Assembly (NCBI GenBank): GCA_947260025.1
Contig: CAMYON010000008.1
Coordinates: 19,242 to 83,241 of the forward strand
From: an uncultured Gammaproteobacteria bacterium
GTDB lineage: Bacteria > Pseudomonadota > Gammaproteobacteria > GCA-001735895
Reading direction: 5' to 3'
Length of the DNA: 64,000 bases
Both the position numbers and the translations under genes were made by a program. The notes beneath the pieces are model-generated. The model made no database searches. It was not told where the DNA came from and saw nothing but the letters and a program-made list of their open reading frames with translations. Shown here piece after piece: positions 37,209 to 45,509 of this stretch. Each line of letters opens with the position of its first letter. The stretch's first letter is position 1.

Positions 37209-37235
37209 GAACTTCTAGCGATGTTTATGCTCTAA
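37209..37235 (+). promoter_or_regulatory. Sigma-E (RpoE/AlgU)-type promoter upstream of rpoH
   Basis: GAACTT (37209-37214), a 16-nt spacer, then TCTAA (37231-37235). This is the same architecture as E. coli rpoH P3 (GAACTT...TCTGA). It lies ~55 nt upstream of the rpoH ATG. Confidence 0.5.
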
Positions 37236-37272
37236 TTGCTAGCACTCGAACAGCATGAGTGCTAAAAATTAG
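37232..37272 (+). promoter_or_regulatory. rpoH leader stem-loop / palindrome
   Basis: CTAATT-gc-TAGCACTC-gaacagcat-GAGTGCTA-aa-AATTAG is an 8-bp perfect stem plus a 6-bp outer stem. It ends 9 nt before the SD (GAGG) and overlaps the predicted -10/TSS of the sigma-E-type promoter. Confidence 0.4.
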
Positions 37273-37289
37273 ATCAATCGAGGTAATCT

Positions 37290-38156
37290 ATGAGCACAGA
37301 ACTGGTCAATACAGGCAAAAACATGCCCATTTTACTGGGTAGCTCCAACCTGGACGCCTACATTCAGGCGGCCCGGAGCATACCTATCTTAAGCCCTGAA
37401 GAAGAGTATTCATTGGCAAAAGACCTGCAGGAAACCGGCAATATCGAATCAGCTCAGAAACTGGTCCTGCCGCACCTTCGTTTTGTCATCAAAGTTGCCA
37501 ACAACTATGCCGGCTACGGCCTGCCGGTCCCCGACCTGATCCAGGAAGGCAGCATCGGACTCATGAAGGCGGTCAAGCGATTCCGCCCCGAGGTGGGCGT
37601 ACGCCTCGTGTCTTTCGCGGTGCACTGGATCAAGGCCGAAATTCACGAGTACATCCTGAAAAACTGGCGCATCGTCAAGGTGGCTACCACCAAGGCACAG
37701 CGCAAGCTGTTCTTCAAACTGCGCAGCCAGAAAACCCGACTCGGCTGGTTCAAATCGGAAGAGATCGATCACGTCGCTGAAACGCTGGGCGTCACCCGCG
37801 AGAACGTAATCGAGATGGAAAACCGTCTCAACAACTATGATCTCGCTTTCGACCCGACCAGCGACGAGGACGAAGACTCGGCTTACCTGGCGCCGGCGAA
37901 TTCGCTGGCATCCAACAGCCCGTCTCCGGAGCGCCTGCTCGAGTCGCAGGATACAGAGCGAAATAACATGCAAATGCTGGGGGCAGCGCTGGAAGAACTG
38001 GACGATCGCAGCAAGGCTATCGTGACTCGCCGCTGGCTTACCGAACCCAAGGCGACGCTGCATGAGCTGGCGAACGAATACGGTGTTTCCGCCGAACGTA
38101 TACGCCAGATCGAGAGCAACGCTTTCAAAACAATCAAGTCGTCATTCGTCGCTTGA
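37290..38156 (+). CDS. rpoH: RNA polymerase sigma-32 heat-shock factor
   Basis: The 288-aa product has region 2 (DLIQEGSIGLMKAVKRF), the RpoH box (QRKLFFKLR) and region 4 (LHELANEYGVSAERIRQIE). Confidence 0.96.
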   Translation: MSTELVNTGKNMPILLGSSNLDAYIQAARSIPILSPEEEYSLAKDLQETGNIESAQKLVLPHLRFVIKVANNYAGYGLPVPDLIQEGSIGLMKAVKRFRPEVGVRLVSFAVHWIKAEIHEYILKNWRIVKVATTKAQRKLFFKLRSQKTRLGWFKSEEIDHVAETLGVTRENVIEMENRLNNYDLAFDPTSDEDEDSAYLAPANSLASNSPSPERLLESQDTERNNMQMLGAALEELDDRSKAIVTRRWLTEPKATLHELANEYGVSAERIRQIESNAFKTIKSSFVA

Positions 38157-38180
38157 CGCGAACCAATAAATCGCAAAATC

Positions 38181-38206
38181 AAAGCCCGGTTCTGCCGGGC
38201 TTTTTT
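38181..38206 (+). terminator. Intrinsic terminator after rpoH
   Basis: AAAGCCCGG-ttct-GCCGGGCTTTTTT. Confidence 0.8.
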
Positions 38207-38268
38207 GTATCCGGTGTCTTTATAAATAAATACTATAATCAAGGCTGTTATCAATCGAGTTTATATAT

Positions 38269-38304
38269 ATGCCGGACACCGATTCTATGCCGGACACCGA
38301 TTCT
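38269..38304 (+). repeat. Perfect 18-bp tandem duplication at the 5' end of the PAS-GGDEF-EAL gene
   Basis: ATGCCGGACACCGATTCT occurs twice (38269-38286 and 38287-38304), giving MPDTDS-MPDTDS and two in-frame ATGs. Confidence 0.9.
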
Positions 38305-40110
38305 TCTGCTGAAGAAGATGTCGAAAAGAGCCTGCTTGAAGCCAGGGTCAAGGCGCTTGAGACAGACCTGCGGCAAAAGAAGGAAATCATCCTCGCCCAG
38401 CACACCAAGCTCGAGGCTTTCTTCGAGTCGTCGATCGATGCGCTGGTACAAATGGATTTTGACGGTCACATAACCGGCTGGAACCAGCAGGCCGCGAAGA
38501 TCTTTGGCTGGAGTGCCGATGAGATTCTCGACCAAAGGATCGAAGACACCATTATTCCTGTTCGCTACCGGGCTGCCCATCGCAAGGGAATGAAAAGGTA
38601 TCTCGAAACTGGAGAAGCCTCGGTACTGAACACCCTGATCGAGATTCACGCCCTGCATCGAAACGGCCATGAGTTTCCGGTCGAGATGTCGCTTTCGGTT
38701 CTCGACTCCCCCGACGTGCAGGAATTCAATGCCTACATCCGGGACATTTCAGAGCGCAAGCACGCCGAAACCGTGATCTGGAACCAGGCTAACTTCGATT
38801 CGCTAACCAGTCTTCCCAACCGCAACCTGTTTTTACAAAAGCTCGAGCACGAAATTCGATCCTGCGACCGTAGTAACCAGTCGCTGGCACTGATGTACCT
38901 GGACCTCGACCGCTTCAAGGACGTTAACGATTCGCTGGGGCACGAAATGGGAGATCTGTTGCTCATCGAAATTGCCAATCGCCTGCAAAAAGTCGTGCGT
39001 GAAATCGATACCGTTTCCCGACTCAGCGGCGACGAGTTTACGATCATCCTCGGAAACATCGACGATCAGTTGGCGGTACAGCCGATATGCCAGGAGTTGC
39101 TAGATGCATTGGCGCAACCTTTCCAACTCGACAACGAAAAAGTGTTTCTGACCGCCAGTATCGGGGTAACTTTTTATCCGCAGGATTCAAAAGACATCGA
39201 AAGCCTGCAGCGTAATGCCGATCAGGCGATGTATGCTGCCAAGGCCGAGGGCAGCAACCGGTTTAATTTTTTCACCCCAGAATTGCAACAGCGCGCGCTC
39301 AGAAAACGCAAAATGATTGGCGACTTACGCAAAGCAATTAACGAAGAACAGTTTGAAATCTACTATCAACCCATTATCGATCTACACCAGGATAAAGTGA
39401 CCAAGGCCGAGGCCTTGTTACGCTGGCATCACCCCGAATCAGGCCTGGTGAGCCCAGCCGTATTTATTCCGATCGCGGAAGAAACGGGTTTGATTTCCGA
39501 GATTGGCAGCTGGGTTTTTTATAAAGCCATCGAAAAGGCCAGCCAATGGCGGGAACGCTACAATCCGGATTTTCAAATCAGCATCAATACCTCCCCCACG
39601 CAATGGATCGATGAGGCGGCGGCCATGAGCCAGTGGTTTGCGCAGCTTGACGAGCTCGGCATTAGCGGGCAGGCCGTAAGCGTAGAGATCACCGAGGGAT
39701 TGTTGATGGATGCGCGCGACAAGATCACCAATCGCCTGCTCGATTTCAGGGAGGCCGAGATTCAAATTGCGATCGATGATTTCGGCACCGGTTATTCATC
39801 GCTGTCCTATCTGAAACAGTTTGATATCGACTATCTAAAAATCGACCAGTCTTTCATACGCAACCTGGACTATGAGCAAAACGACCTCGCGCTATGCGAA
39901 GCCATTATTGTCATGGCAAAAAAACTAGGCATCAAGGTAATTGCGGAAGGCGTTGAAACCGAAAACCAGAATCGGTTGCTCAAGGAATTCGGCTGCGATT
40001 TCGGCCAGGGCTACCTTTACTCGCGGCCGGTGCCGGCACCTGAGTTCGAAATCCTGCTCGATGAATGGGACCAGAAAGAAGAGTCGGGCTCGACTCAAGT
40101 CACCGCATAA
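38269..40110 (+). CDS. PAS-GGDEF-EAL signalling protein (c-di-GMP turnover)
   Basis: It has a coiled N-terminus and a PAS domain (DALVQMDFDGHITGWNQQAAKIFGW). The GGDEF domain has a degenerate signature (RLSGDEF). The EAL domain has EALLRW, DDFGTGYSSLSYL and the EGVE motif. Confidence 0.9.
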   Translation: MPDTDSMPDTDSSAEEDVEKSLLEARVKALETDLRQKKEIILAQHTKLEAFFESSIDALVQMDFDGHITGWNQQAAKIFGWSADEILDQRIEDTIIPVRYRAAHRKGMKRYLETGEASVLNTLIEIHALHRNGHEFPVEMSLSVLDSPDVQEFNAYIRDISERKHAETVIWNQANFDSLTSLPNRNLFLQKLEHEIRSCDRSNQSLALMYLDLDRFKDVNDSLGHEMGDLLLIEIANRLQKVVREIDTVSRLSGDEFTIILGNIDDQLAVQPICQELLDALAQPFQLDNEKVFLTASIGVTFYPQDSKDIESLQRNADQAMYAAKAEGSNRFNFFTPELQQRALRKRKMIGDLRKAINEEQFEIYYQPIIDLHQDKVTKAEALLRWHHPESGLVSPAVFIPIAEETGLISEIGSWVFYKAIEKASQWRERYNPDFQISINTSPTQWIDEAAAMSQWFAQLDELGISGQAVSVEITEGLLMDARDKITNRLLDFREAEIQIAIDDFGTGYSSLSYLKQFDIDYLKIDQSFIRNLDYEQNDLALCEAIIVMAKKLGIKVIAEGVETENQNRLLKEFGCDFGQGYLYSRPVPAPEFEILLDEWDQKEESGSTQVTA

Positions 40111-40214
40111 ATCTGCTCTCTCGAACTAAACTCCTCGACAACACTAATGCGCTCGTACAATACCGCGCATGTGCGAGCACCTTTTCTTTCGGTCACCAGG
40201 GGTACACGCAGGCG

Positions 40215-40243
40215 AAAAAAAGCCCGGCATGGCCGGGCTTTTT
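40215..40243. terminator. Bidirectional intrinsic terminator between the GGDEF-EAL gene and the oxidase operon
   Basis: AAAAAA-AGCCCGGC-atg-GCCGGGCT-TTTT. The A-run and T-run flank an 8-bp GC stem between convergent genes. Confidence 0.75.
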
Positions 40244-40266
40244 ATTTAGCGTAGCTCGCTGGTTGT

Positions 40267-41142
40267 CTACAACCAGTAAACGAATATAAATAATCCGAGC
40301 CAGACCACGTCCACGAAGTGCCAGTACCAGGCAACCGCTTCGAAAGCGAAGTGATTTTCCGGTGTAAAGTGACCCTTGGCGGCGCGGATCATGATGATCG
40401 TCAGCATGATGGCACCCATGGTAACGTGGAAACCGTGGAACCCGGTCAGCATGAAAAAGGTGCTGCCGTAAATTCCCGAATCGAGTCGCAGATTCAGATC
40501 CTGGTAGGCGTGCACGTACTCGTAGCCCTGCAGCCCGACGAATCCGAAACCGAGGACAACGGTCGCGAACAGCCAGTAAACCAGCCAGGTTGAATCCCTG
40601 CGCTTGAGCGCCCAGTGGGCCAGGGTTACGGTCCAGCCCGACGTTAACAGGATCGCGGTATTGATCGCAGGCAGGCCCCAGGCGCCCATAACCGCCGTGG
40701 CTTCATTGAACTTTTCTGATACCGGCACCGACAACAGGGGCCAGGCCGCTTCGAAATCCGGCCACAGGTATTGCGCGGTGGCGTCGTTATTCGACGCGCC
40801 GTCAAGCCACGGAATGGAATACTGTCGCGCGTAGAACAATGCGCCGAAGAAGGCGGCGAAGAACATGACCTCGGAAAAAATGAACCAGCTCATGCTCCAG
40901 CGAAAAGTCGCATCCACCTGCTTGCTGTAAAACCCGCTCAGAGACTCGGTAATGACCTGACCGAACCAGCCGTACATCATGAAAACAATAATCGCGAGGC
41001 CGACAAAAATCGGGGTCGCGCTCCAGGTGTCGTGCAGGTAGTTGGCAATACCAACCACAGTCAGCGCCAATCCGATGGAACCAATGATTGGCCAGTGGGT
41101 GCCATGTGGTACGTAATATTCTTCGTTTGTAGCACTACTCAT
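40267..41142 (-). CDS. ctaE: Cytochrome c oxidase (aa3-type) subunit III
   Basis: The 291-aa product has seven TM helices and the conserved ...FFMLTGFHGFHVTMG... and ...HFVDVVWLGLF... blocks. Confidence 0.93.
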   Translation of the reverse strand: MSSATNEEYYVPHGTHWPIIGSIGLALTVVGIANYLHDTWSATPIFVGLAIIVFMMYGWFGQVITESLSGFYSKQVDATFRWSMSWFIFSEVMFFAAFFGALFYARQYSIPWLDGASNNDATAQYLWPDFEAAWPLLSVPVSEKFNEATAVMGAWGLPAINTAILLTSGWTVTLAHWALKRRDSTWLVYWLFATVVLGFGFVGLQGYEYVHAYQDLNLRLDSGIYGSTFFMLTGFHGFHVTMGAIMLTIIMIRAAKGHFTPENHFAFEAVAWYWHFVDVVWLGLFIFVYWL

Positions 41143-41175
41143 GGATCGTCTCTCTCTATATCCGAAATGCGATTT

Positions 41176-41685
41176 TTATCCCTGGTCCTGACTGAAGAAC
41201 GTGTAGGAAAGGGTAATCTGTTCTATTTTGTCCGATATGTCCCTGCCGACGACAAATCGCAGCGGCATATCGCGTGTCTCGTAGCCCTCGAGCGCCTGCT
41301 GGGTAAAGCAGAAACATTCGGTCTTGTTAAAATGCTCGGCCGCTGTTCCGGGCGAGACGCTCGGAATCGCCTGCCCCAGCGTTTTATCCTTGCTGGTGCT
41401 GCGCACCCGGTACATGGCTTCATATACCTGCCCCGGGTGGATCTCCATCTTCTTCACCAGCGGTTCGAAGTGCCACGGCAAACCGGAACTTGTGTTCGCC
41501 AGGAAACGCACCTCGATAGTACGCGATCGATCGACCGGATCGGTGATCTCGGCAGCCTGGATGCGCCCGGTTTTGCCGTTGAGGCCGGTTATGTCGCAAA
41601 TCACGTCATACAGCGGCACCATGGCGAAACCGAAGCCAAACATCAGCACCGGGATCAGGGCCAGTTTCAGCGGGCTGGTCTTCAT
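41176..41685 (-). CDS. ctaG: Cytochrome c oxidase assembly protein CtaG/Cox11
   Basis: ...MVPLYDVICDITGLNGKT... and the copper-binding CFCF motif (TECFCFTQQ) are present. The ATG at 41685 overlaps the stop of the upstream small ORF (TAATG). The track start at 41700 is a GTG. Confidence 0.88.
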   Translation of the reverse strand: MKTSPLKLALIPVLMFGFGFAMVPLYDVICDITGLNGKTGRIQAAEITDPVDRSRTIEVRFLANTSSGLPWHFEPLVKKMEIHPGQVYEAMYRVRSTSKDKTLGQAIPSVSPGTAAEHFNKTECFCFTQQALEGYETRDMPLRFVVGRDISDKIEQITLSYTFFSQDQG

Positions 41686-41819
41686 TAAAACTTGCCCCAC
41701 AGAAACGTGGCGACGAAAAACGTGACCACTATCAGCACATGCGCCACGACAATACGCCAGGTACGTCGGCGGCGCTCCACGGAGGTAAAGTAATCCTCGT
41801 CGTGCTGTCGCTGCTGCAT
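41685..41819 (-). CDS. Small (44-aa) single-pass membrane protein between ctaD and ctaG
   Basis: MQQRQHDEDYFTSVERRRRTWRIVVAHVLIVVTFFVATFLWGKF has a charged N-terminus followed by one TM helix. It is coupled by a 1-nt overlap to ctaG and lies 30 nt after the ctaD stop. It is the only plausible part of the 83-aa track ORF 41685..41936. Confidence 0.45.
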   Translation of the reverse strand: MQQRQHDEDYFTSVERRRRTWRIVVAHVLIVVTFFVATFLWGKF

Positions 41820-41848
41820 CGTGGTCACGAGTCGCTGTACCTTACCGC

Positions 41849-43444
41849 CTACTTGACCTGCGGCGCCTGGGTGAAGCTGTGATAAGGCGGCGGCGAAGGC
41901 AGTTCCTCGAATTCCAGCCCGGTGGCGCCTTCCCATACCTTGTCGGTGGCTTTCACGCCGCCCTTGATCGTCTTGATCACGATGTAGAGGAAAAATATCT
42001 GGGCCAGGCCGAAGGCGAAACCGCCGATACTAGAGATCTGGTTGAACTCGGCGAACTGCAAAGAGTAATCCGGAATCCGGCGCGGCATACCCGCGAGACC
42101 GACGAAGTGCTGCGGGAAGAACAATACGTTCACCGCGATAGTCGACCACCAGAAATGGATCTTGCCGAGAGTCTCGTCATACATGTGCCCGGTCCACTTC
42201 GGTACCCAGTAGTAAAACGCGGCGATAATCGAGTACAGCGCGCCGGTTACCAGCACGTAATGGAAATGCGCAACGACGAAATAGGTATCGTGGTATTGCG
42301 TGTCTACCGGCGCCACGCCCAGCATCAGGCCGGAGAATCCACCGATGGTAAACATGACGATAAATCCGAGTGCGAACAGCATCGGGGTTTCGAAGGTCAT
42401 CGAACCTTTCCACATCGTGGTCACCCAGTTGAACACCTTGACCCCGGTGGGCACCGAGATCAGGATCGTCGCGTACATGAAATAGAGCTCGCCCGCTACC
42501 GGCATGCCGGTGGTGAACATGTGGTGCGCCCATACCATGAACGACAGGATCGCGATCGACGCGGAGGCGTAAACCATCGAGCTGTAGCCGAACAGCGGCT
42601 TGCGCGCAAAGGTCGGCACGATCGCCGAGATGACGCCGAAGGCCGGCAGAATCATGATGTACACTTCGGGGTGCCCGAAGAACCAGAAGATGTGCTGGAA
42701 CATGACCGGATCGCCACCACCAGCCGCGTCGAAGAAGGAGGTGCCAAAGTGACGGTCGGTCAGCATCATGGTAACCGCACCGGCGAGTACCGGCATAACC
42801 GCGATCAACAGGTAGGCGGTAATCAGCCAGGTCCAGACGAACAGCGGCATTTTCATCAGGGTCATGCCGGGGGCACGCATGTTAAGAATGGTCGCGATGA
42901 TGTTGATCGAACCCATCACCGAGGATATCCCCATCAGGTGCACCGCGAAGATGAAGAAGTCGGTCGAATCAGGCCCGTAAGTCGTCGACAACGGCGCATA
43001 AAAAGTCCAGCCGAAAGCCGGTCCGCCGCCTTCCATGAACGAGGTCGATGCCAGGATCGCAAACGCGAAAGGCAGAATCCAGAAACTCCAGTTATTCATG
43101 CGCGGCAACGCCATATCGGGCGCGCCGATCATCATCGGCACCAGCCAGTTCGCGAGGCCTACGAATGCCGGCATGATTGCACCGAACACCATCACCAGGC
43201 CGTGCATCGTGGTCATCTGGTTGAAGAAATGGGGTTCTACGAACTGCAGCCCGGGCTGAAACAGCTCGAGGCGAATAACCATTGCCATCGCGCCGCCGTA
43301 CAGCAGCATGATGAAAGACAACCAAAGGTACAGGGTACCGATATCCTTGTGGTTGGTCGTCGTAACCCAACGCATCAGGCCCTTGGCCGGACCGTGATGA
43401 TCGTGCTCGTCGTGAGCGGTGTCGTGTGTAATTTCAGTAGACAT
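41849..43444 (-). CDS. ctaD: Cytochrome c oxidase subunit I
   Basis: The 531-aa product has canonical heme-copper oxidase blocks (...WFFGHPEVYI..., ...HHMF..., ...VAHFHYV...). Confidence 0.97.
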   Translation of the reverse strand: MSTEITHDTAHDEHDHHGPAKGLMRWVTTTNHKDIGTLYLWLSFIMLLYGGAMAMVIRLELFQPGLQFVEPHFFNQMTTMHGLVMVFGAIMPAFVGLANWLVPMMIGAPDMALPRMNNWSFWILPFAFAILASTSFMEGGGPAFGWTFYAPLSTTYGPDSTDFFIFAVHLMGISSVMGSINIIATILNMRAPGMTLMKMPLFVWTWLITAYLLIAVMPVLAGAVTMMLTDRHFGTSFFDAAGGGDPVMFQHIFWFFGHPEVYIMILPAFGVISAIVPTFARKPLFGYSSMVYASASIAILSFMVWAHHMFTTGMPVAGELYFMYATILISVPTGVKVFNWVTTMWKGSMTFETPMLFALGFIVMFTIGGFSGLMLGVAPVDTQYHDTYFVVAHFHYVLVTGALYSIIAAFYYWVPKWTGHMYDETLGKIHFWWSTIAVNVLFFPQHFVGLAGMPRRIPDYSLQFAEFNQISSIGGFAFGLAQIFFLYIVIKTIKGGVKATDKVWEGATGLEFEELPSPPPYHSFTQAPQVK

Positions 43445-43454
43445 CTAATACCCC

Positions 43455-44591
43455 TTATCTTGCATTCTTGATCGCGACAGGCTGGATCGTGTCACCCACG
43501 CTGTTGCCCAACGCATTGCGTTCATAGGTAAGGACCGCGGCAATATCAACGTCATTGAGTTGACCCTTGTAGGATGCCATCGCGGTACCCGCCTTGCCGT
43601 TGACGACGATATCGATATGCGCCGACGGGTCCGGGTCGTTAATGATGGCACTGCCGGTCATCGCCGGAAACGCTCCTGGAATTCCCGCTCCAGTAACACC
43701 GTGGCACGCTGAGCAGTTGGCCTTGTAGACCTCTTCACCTCGAGCGACGAGATCCTGCATGGACCACTCCTGCTCGGCTGCCGAAGCAGCAGCTGCCGCT
43801 TCTTCTTTCTTGCTCACCAGCCATTGTTCGTATTCAGCTTCGCTAACCGCCTCCACCACGATCGGCATGAAACCATGGTCCTTGCCGCACAGCTCTGCGC
43901 ACTGCCCGCGGTAAGTGCCGGGTTCTTCGATCAGCGCCCAGGAATCGTTGATGAAACCCGGAATCGAATCCTGCTTGACCGCGAGCTCGGGCACCCACCA
44001 GGCGTGGATCACGTCATCCGAGTGGAACAGAAAGCGCACTTTCTTGTTGACCGGCAGCACCAGCGGCTCGTCGACTTCGAGCAGGTAGTTTTCATTTCCG
44101 ATCGGATCTTTCATGACATCGCGGCTCGACTGCGCCAGGTTGCTCACAAAACTGATATCCTCGTCGACATAAGTATATTTCCACTTCCACTGGATACCGG
44201 TTACCTGCACGGTAATCTCGGCGTCGGTCTTGGCGTCCTCGAGATCGATCAGGGTACCGGTCGCGGGAATCGCGATTCCGATAAGGATTAGCAGCGGCAC
44301 GATGGTCCAGATGATTTCCACGGTGGTGCTTTCGTGGAAGTTGGCCGGCTGTGCGCCCTTGGACTTGCGATGATAAATAATCGACCAGGCCATGGCGCCG
44401 AAAACAACCACGCCGATGCCGACGCAGATCCAGAAAACCAGCATGTGCAGGCCATAAAGTTGACGACCGATCGGGGTCACGCTCTCGGTCATATTCAATG
44501 CATATTCGGCATGCACGGCAGGCATCGTAAACAATGACGCCAGACCCGCCAGGAACACCGAACCAGGTTTGGTCAACTTCGTGAATCTCAT
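43455..44591 (-). CDS. ctaC: Cytochrome c oxidase subunit II with C-terminal cytochrome c domain
   Basis: It has a signal peptide and two TM helices. The CuA site is HSDDVIHAWWVPE...CAELCGKDHGFM. The C-terminal heme-binding site is CSACHG. Confidence 0.93.
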   Translation of the reverse strand: MRFTKLTKPGSVFLAGLASLFTMPAVHAEYALNMTESVTPIGRQLYGLHMLVFWICVGIGVVVFGAMAWSIIYHRKSKGAQPANFHESTTVEIIWTIVPLLILIGIAIPATGTLIDLEDAKTDAEITVQVTGIQWKWKYTYVDEDISFVSNLAQSSRDVMKDPIGNENYLLEVDEPLVLPVNKKVRFLFHSDDVIHAWWVPELAVKQDSIPGFINDSWALIEEPGTYRGQCAELCGKDHGFMPIVVEAVSEAEYEQWLVSKKEEAAAAASAAEQEWSMQDLVARGEEVYKANCSACHGVTGAGIPGAFPAMTGSAIINDPDPSAHIDIVVNGKAGTAMASYKGQLNDVDIAAVLTYERNALGNSVGDTIQPVAIKNAR

Positions 44592-44701
44592 TCTTAACTC
44601 CCTAGATCACAGGCCCGCTGCTTTGCCCAAAGCGCGGAAGATATGTCGGTATTTAAAACAAAAACGCCGTCGGTATTTTTTCGCTTAGACGGCACTTGAA
44701 A

Positions 44702-45181
44702 TCAATCGCGAATTATACAGTCTTTCAATTGAAACGCTAGCCGATCCTTTTCAGAATTATCGAGAAAATCGCCGACCTCTACGTAGTTCCCGTGGGACCC
44801 GATGGCGAGCTTTCGAGGTCGGCCTGGCCTGCTCGCTGGCTCATCGACCAGGCGTATCCACGGGGTCTCGAATTCCCAGCTCTTATCGATCTGTTGCACC
44901 CCTTTCTCGATCCTGGTGCGGCGTTGGTCCAGGGTGATGACTTCCTTGCGATTAACCTTGCGCGAAGTCAGGTAAAGCGCGAATCCGAGCGCCAGCATTT
45001 CGAGGCCGGAAAACGGCAGCACCAGCCACAGGCCCTGCAGCGTAAAAAAGACCCCGATCGCAAGCGCGACGACGCAGGTAAAAATGTAAAACAAAACCAG
45101 TTCGCGCCAGCTGATCGAACAGTTGGGAGACAGCACGAAGCGGAAGGAATCGTTGGAATCAAATTTACTGACGCTGACCAT
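44702..45181 (-). CDS. DUF2244-like integral membrane protein (oxidase-cluster associated)
   Basis: It has two adjacent TM helices followed by a soluble tail, and it sits directly upstream of ctaC. The ATG is at 45181, and the track start at 45193 is a TTG. Confidence 0.55.
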   Translation of the reverse strand: MVSVSKFDSNDSFRFVLSPNCSISWRELVLFYIFTCVVALAIGVFFTLQGLWLVLPFSGLEMLALGFALYLTSRKVNRKEVITLDQRRTRIEKGVQQIDKSWEFETPWIRLVDEPASRPGRPRKLAIGSHGNYVEVGDFLDNSEKDRLAFQLKDCIIRD

Positions 45182-45275
45182 GATGGAATACAATCTACTC
45201 GCGATGGGATATACCGACCCCCGGGGCCGACTGTCACAATGGCTAATCTAGAACAATCAATACGGGATTTCAACC

Positions 45276-45509
45276 TTGAATGATGCACCGCAGGACGGTA
45301 CCGACGAAGAACGGCATCTAAGCTTCTGGCAATTGCTTAAAAGCACCCTGGCGGCGTTTATCGGGGTGCAGAGTAACGCCAACCGTGAACGCGATTTCAA
45401 GCACGGTAAGGTTTCCCATTTTATCTGGATGGGATTACTGTTCGGCCTGGTGTTTGTGCTGACGCTGATGGGCGTGGTGCAGCTGGTGCTGCATTTCGCC
45501 GGTACCTAG
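45276..45509 (+). CDS. DUF2970-like small membrane protein
   Basis: ...LLKSTLAAFIGVQSNANRERDFKHGK...FIWMGLLFGLVFVLTLMGVV matches the family pattern. The start is uncertain: the only in-frame start candidates upstream of the conserved block are TTG codons (45276, or the TTG in ...WQLLK...). Confidence 0.6.
   Translation: MNDAPQDGTDEERHLSFWQLLKSTLAAFIGVQSNANRERDFKHGKVSHFIWMGLLFGLVFVLTLMGVVQLVLHFAGT

Noticed and set aside
40065-40289. A 74-aa plus-strand ORF crossing the bidirectional terminator into ctaE.
   Set aside because: It spans a strong terminator hairpin and the 3' end of ctaE, and it has no coding features.
41879-43471. A 530-aa plus-strand ORF antisense to ctaD.
   Set aside because: The product is Arg/His/Gly-rich nonsense. 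The minus strand encodes an unmistakable oxidase subunit I.
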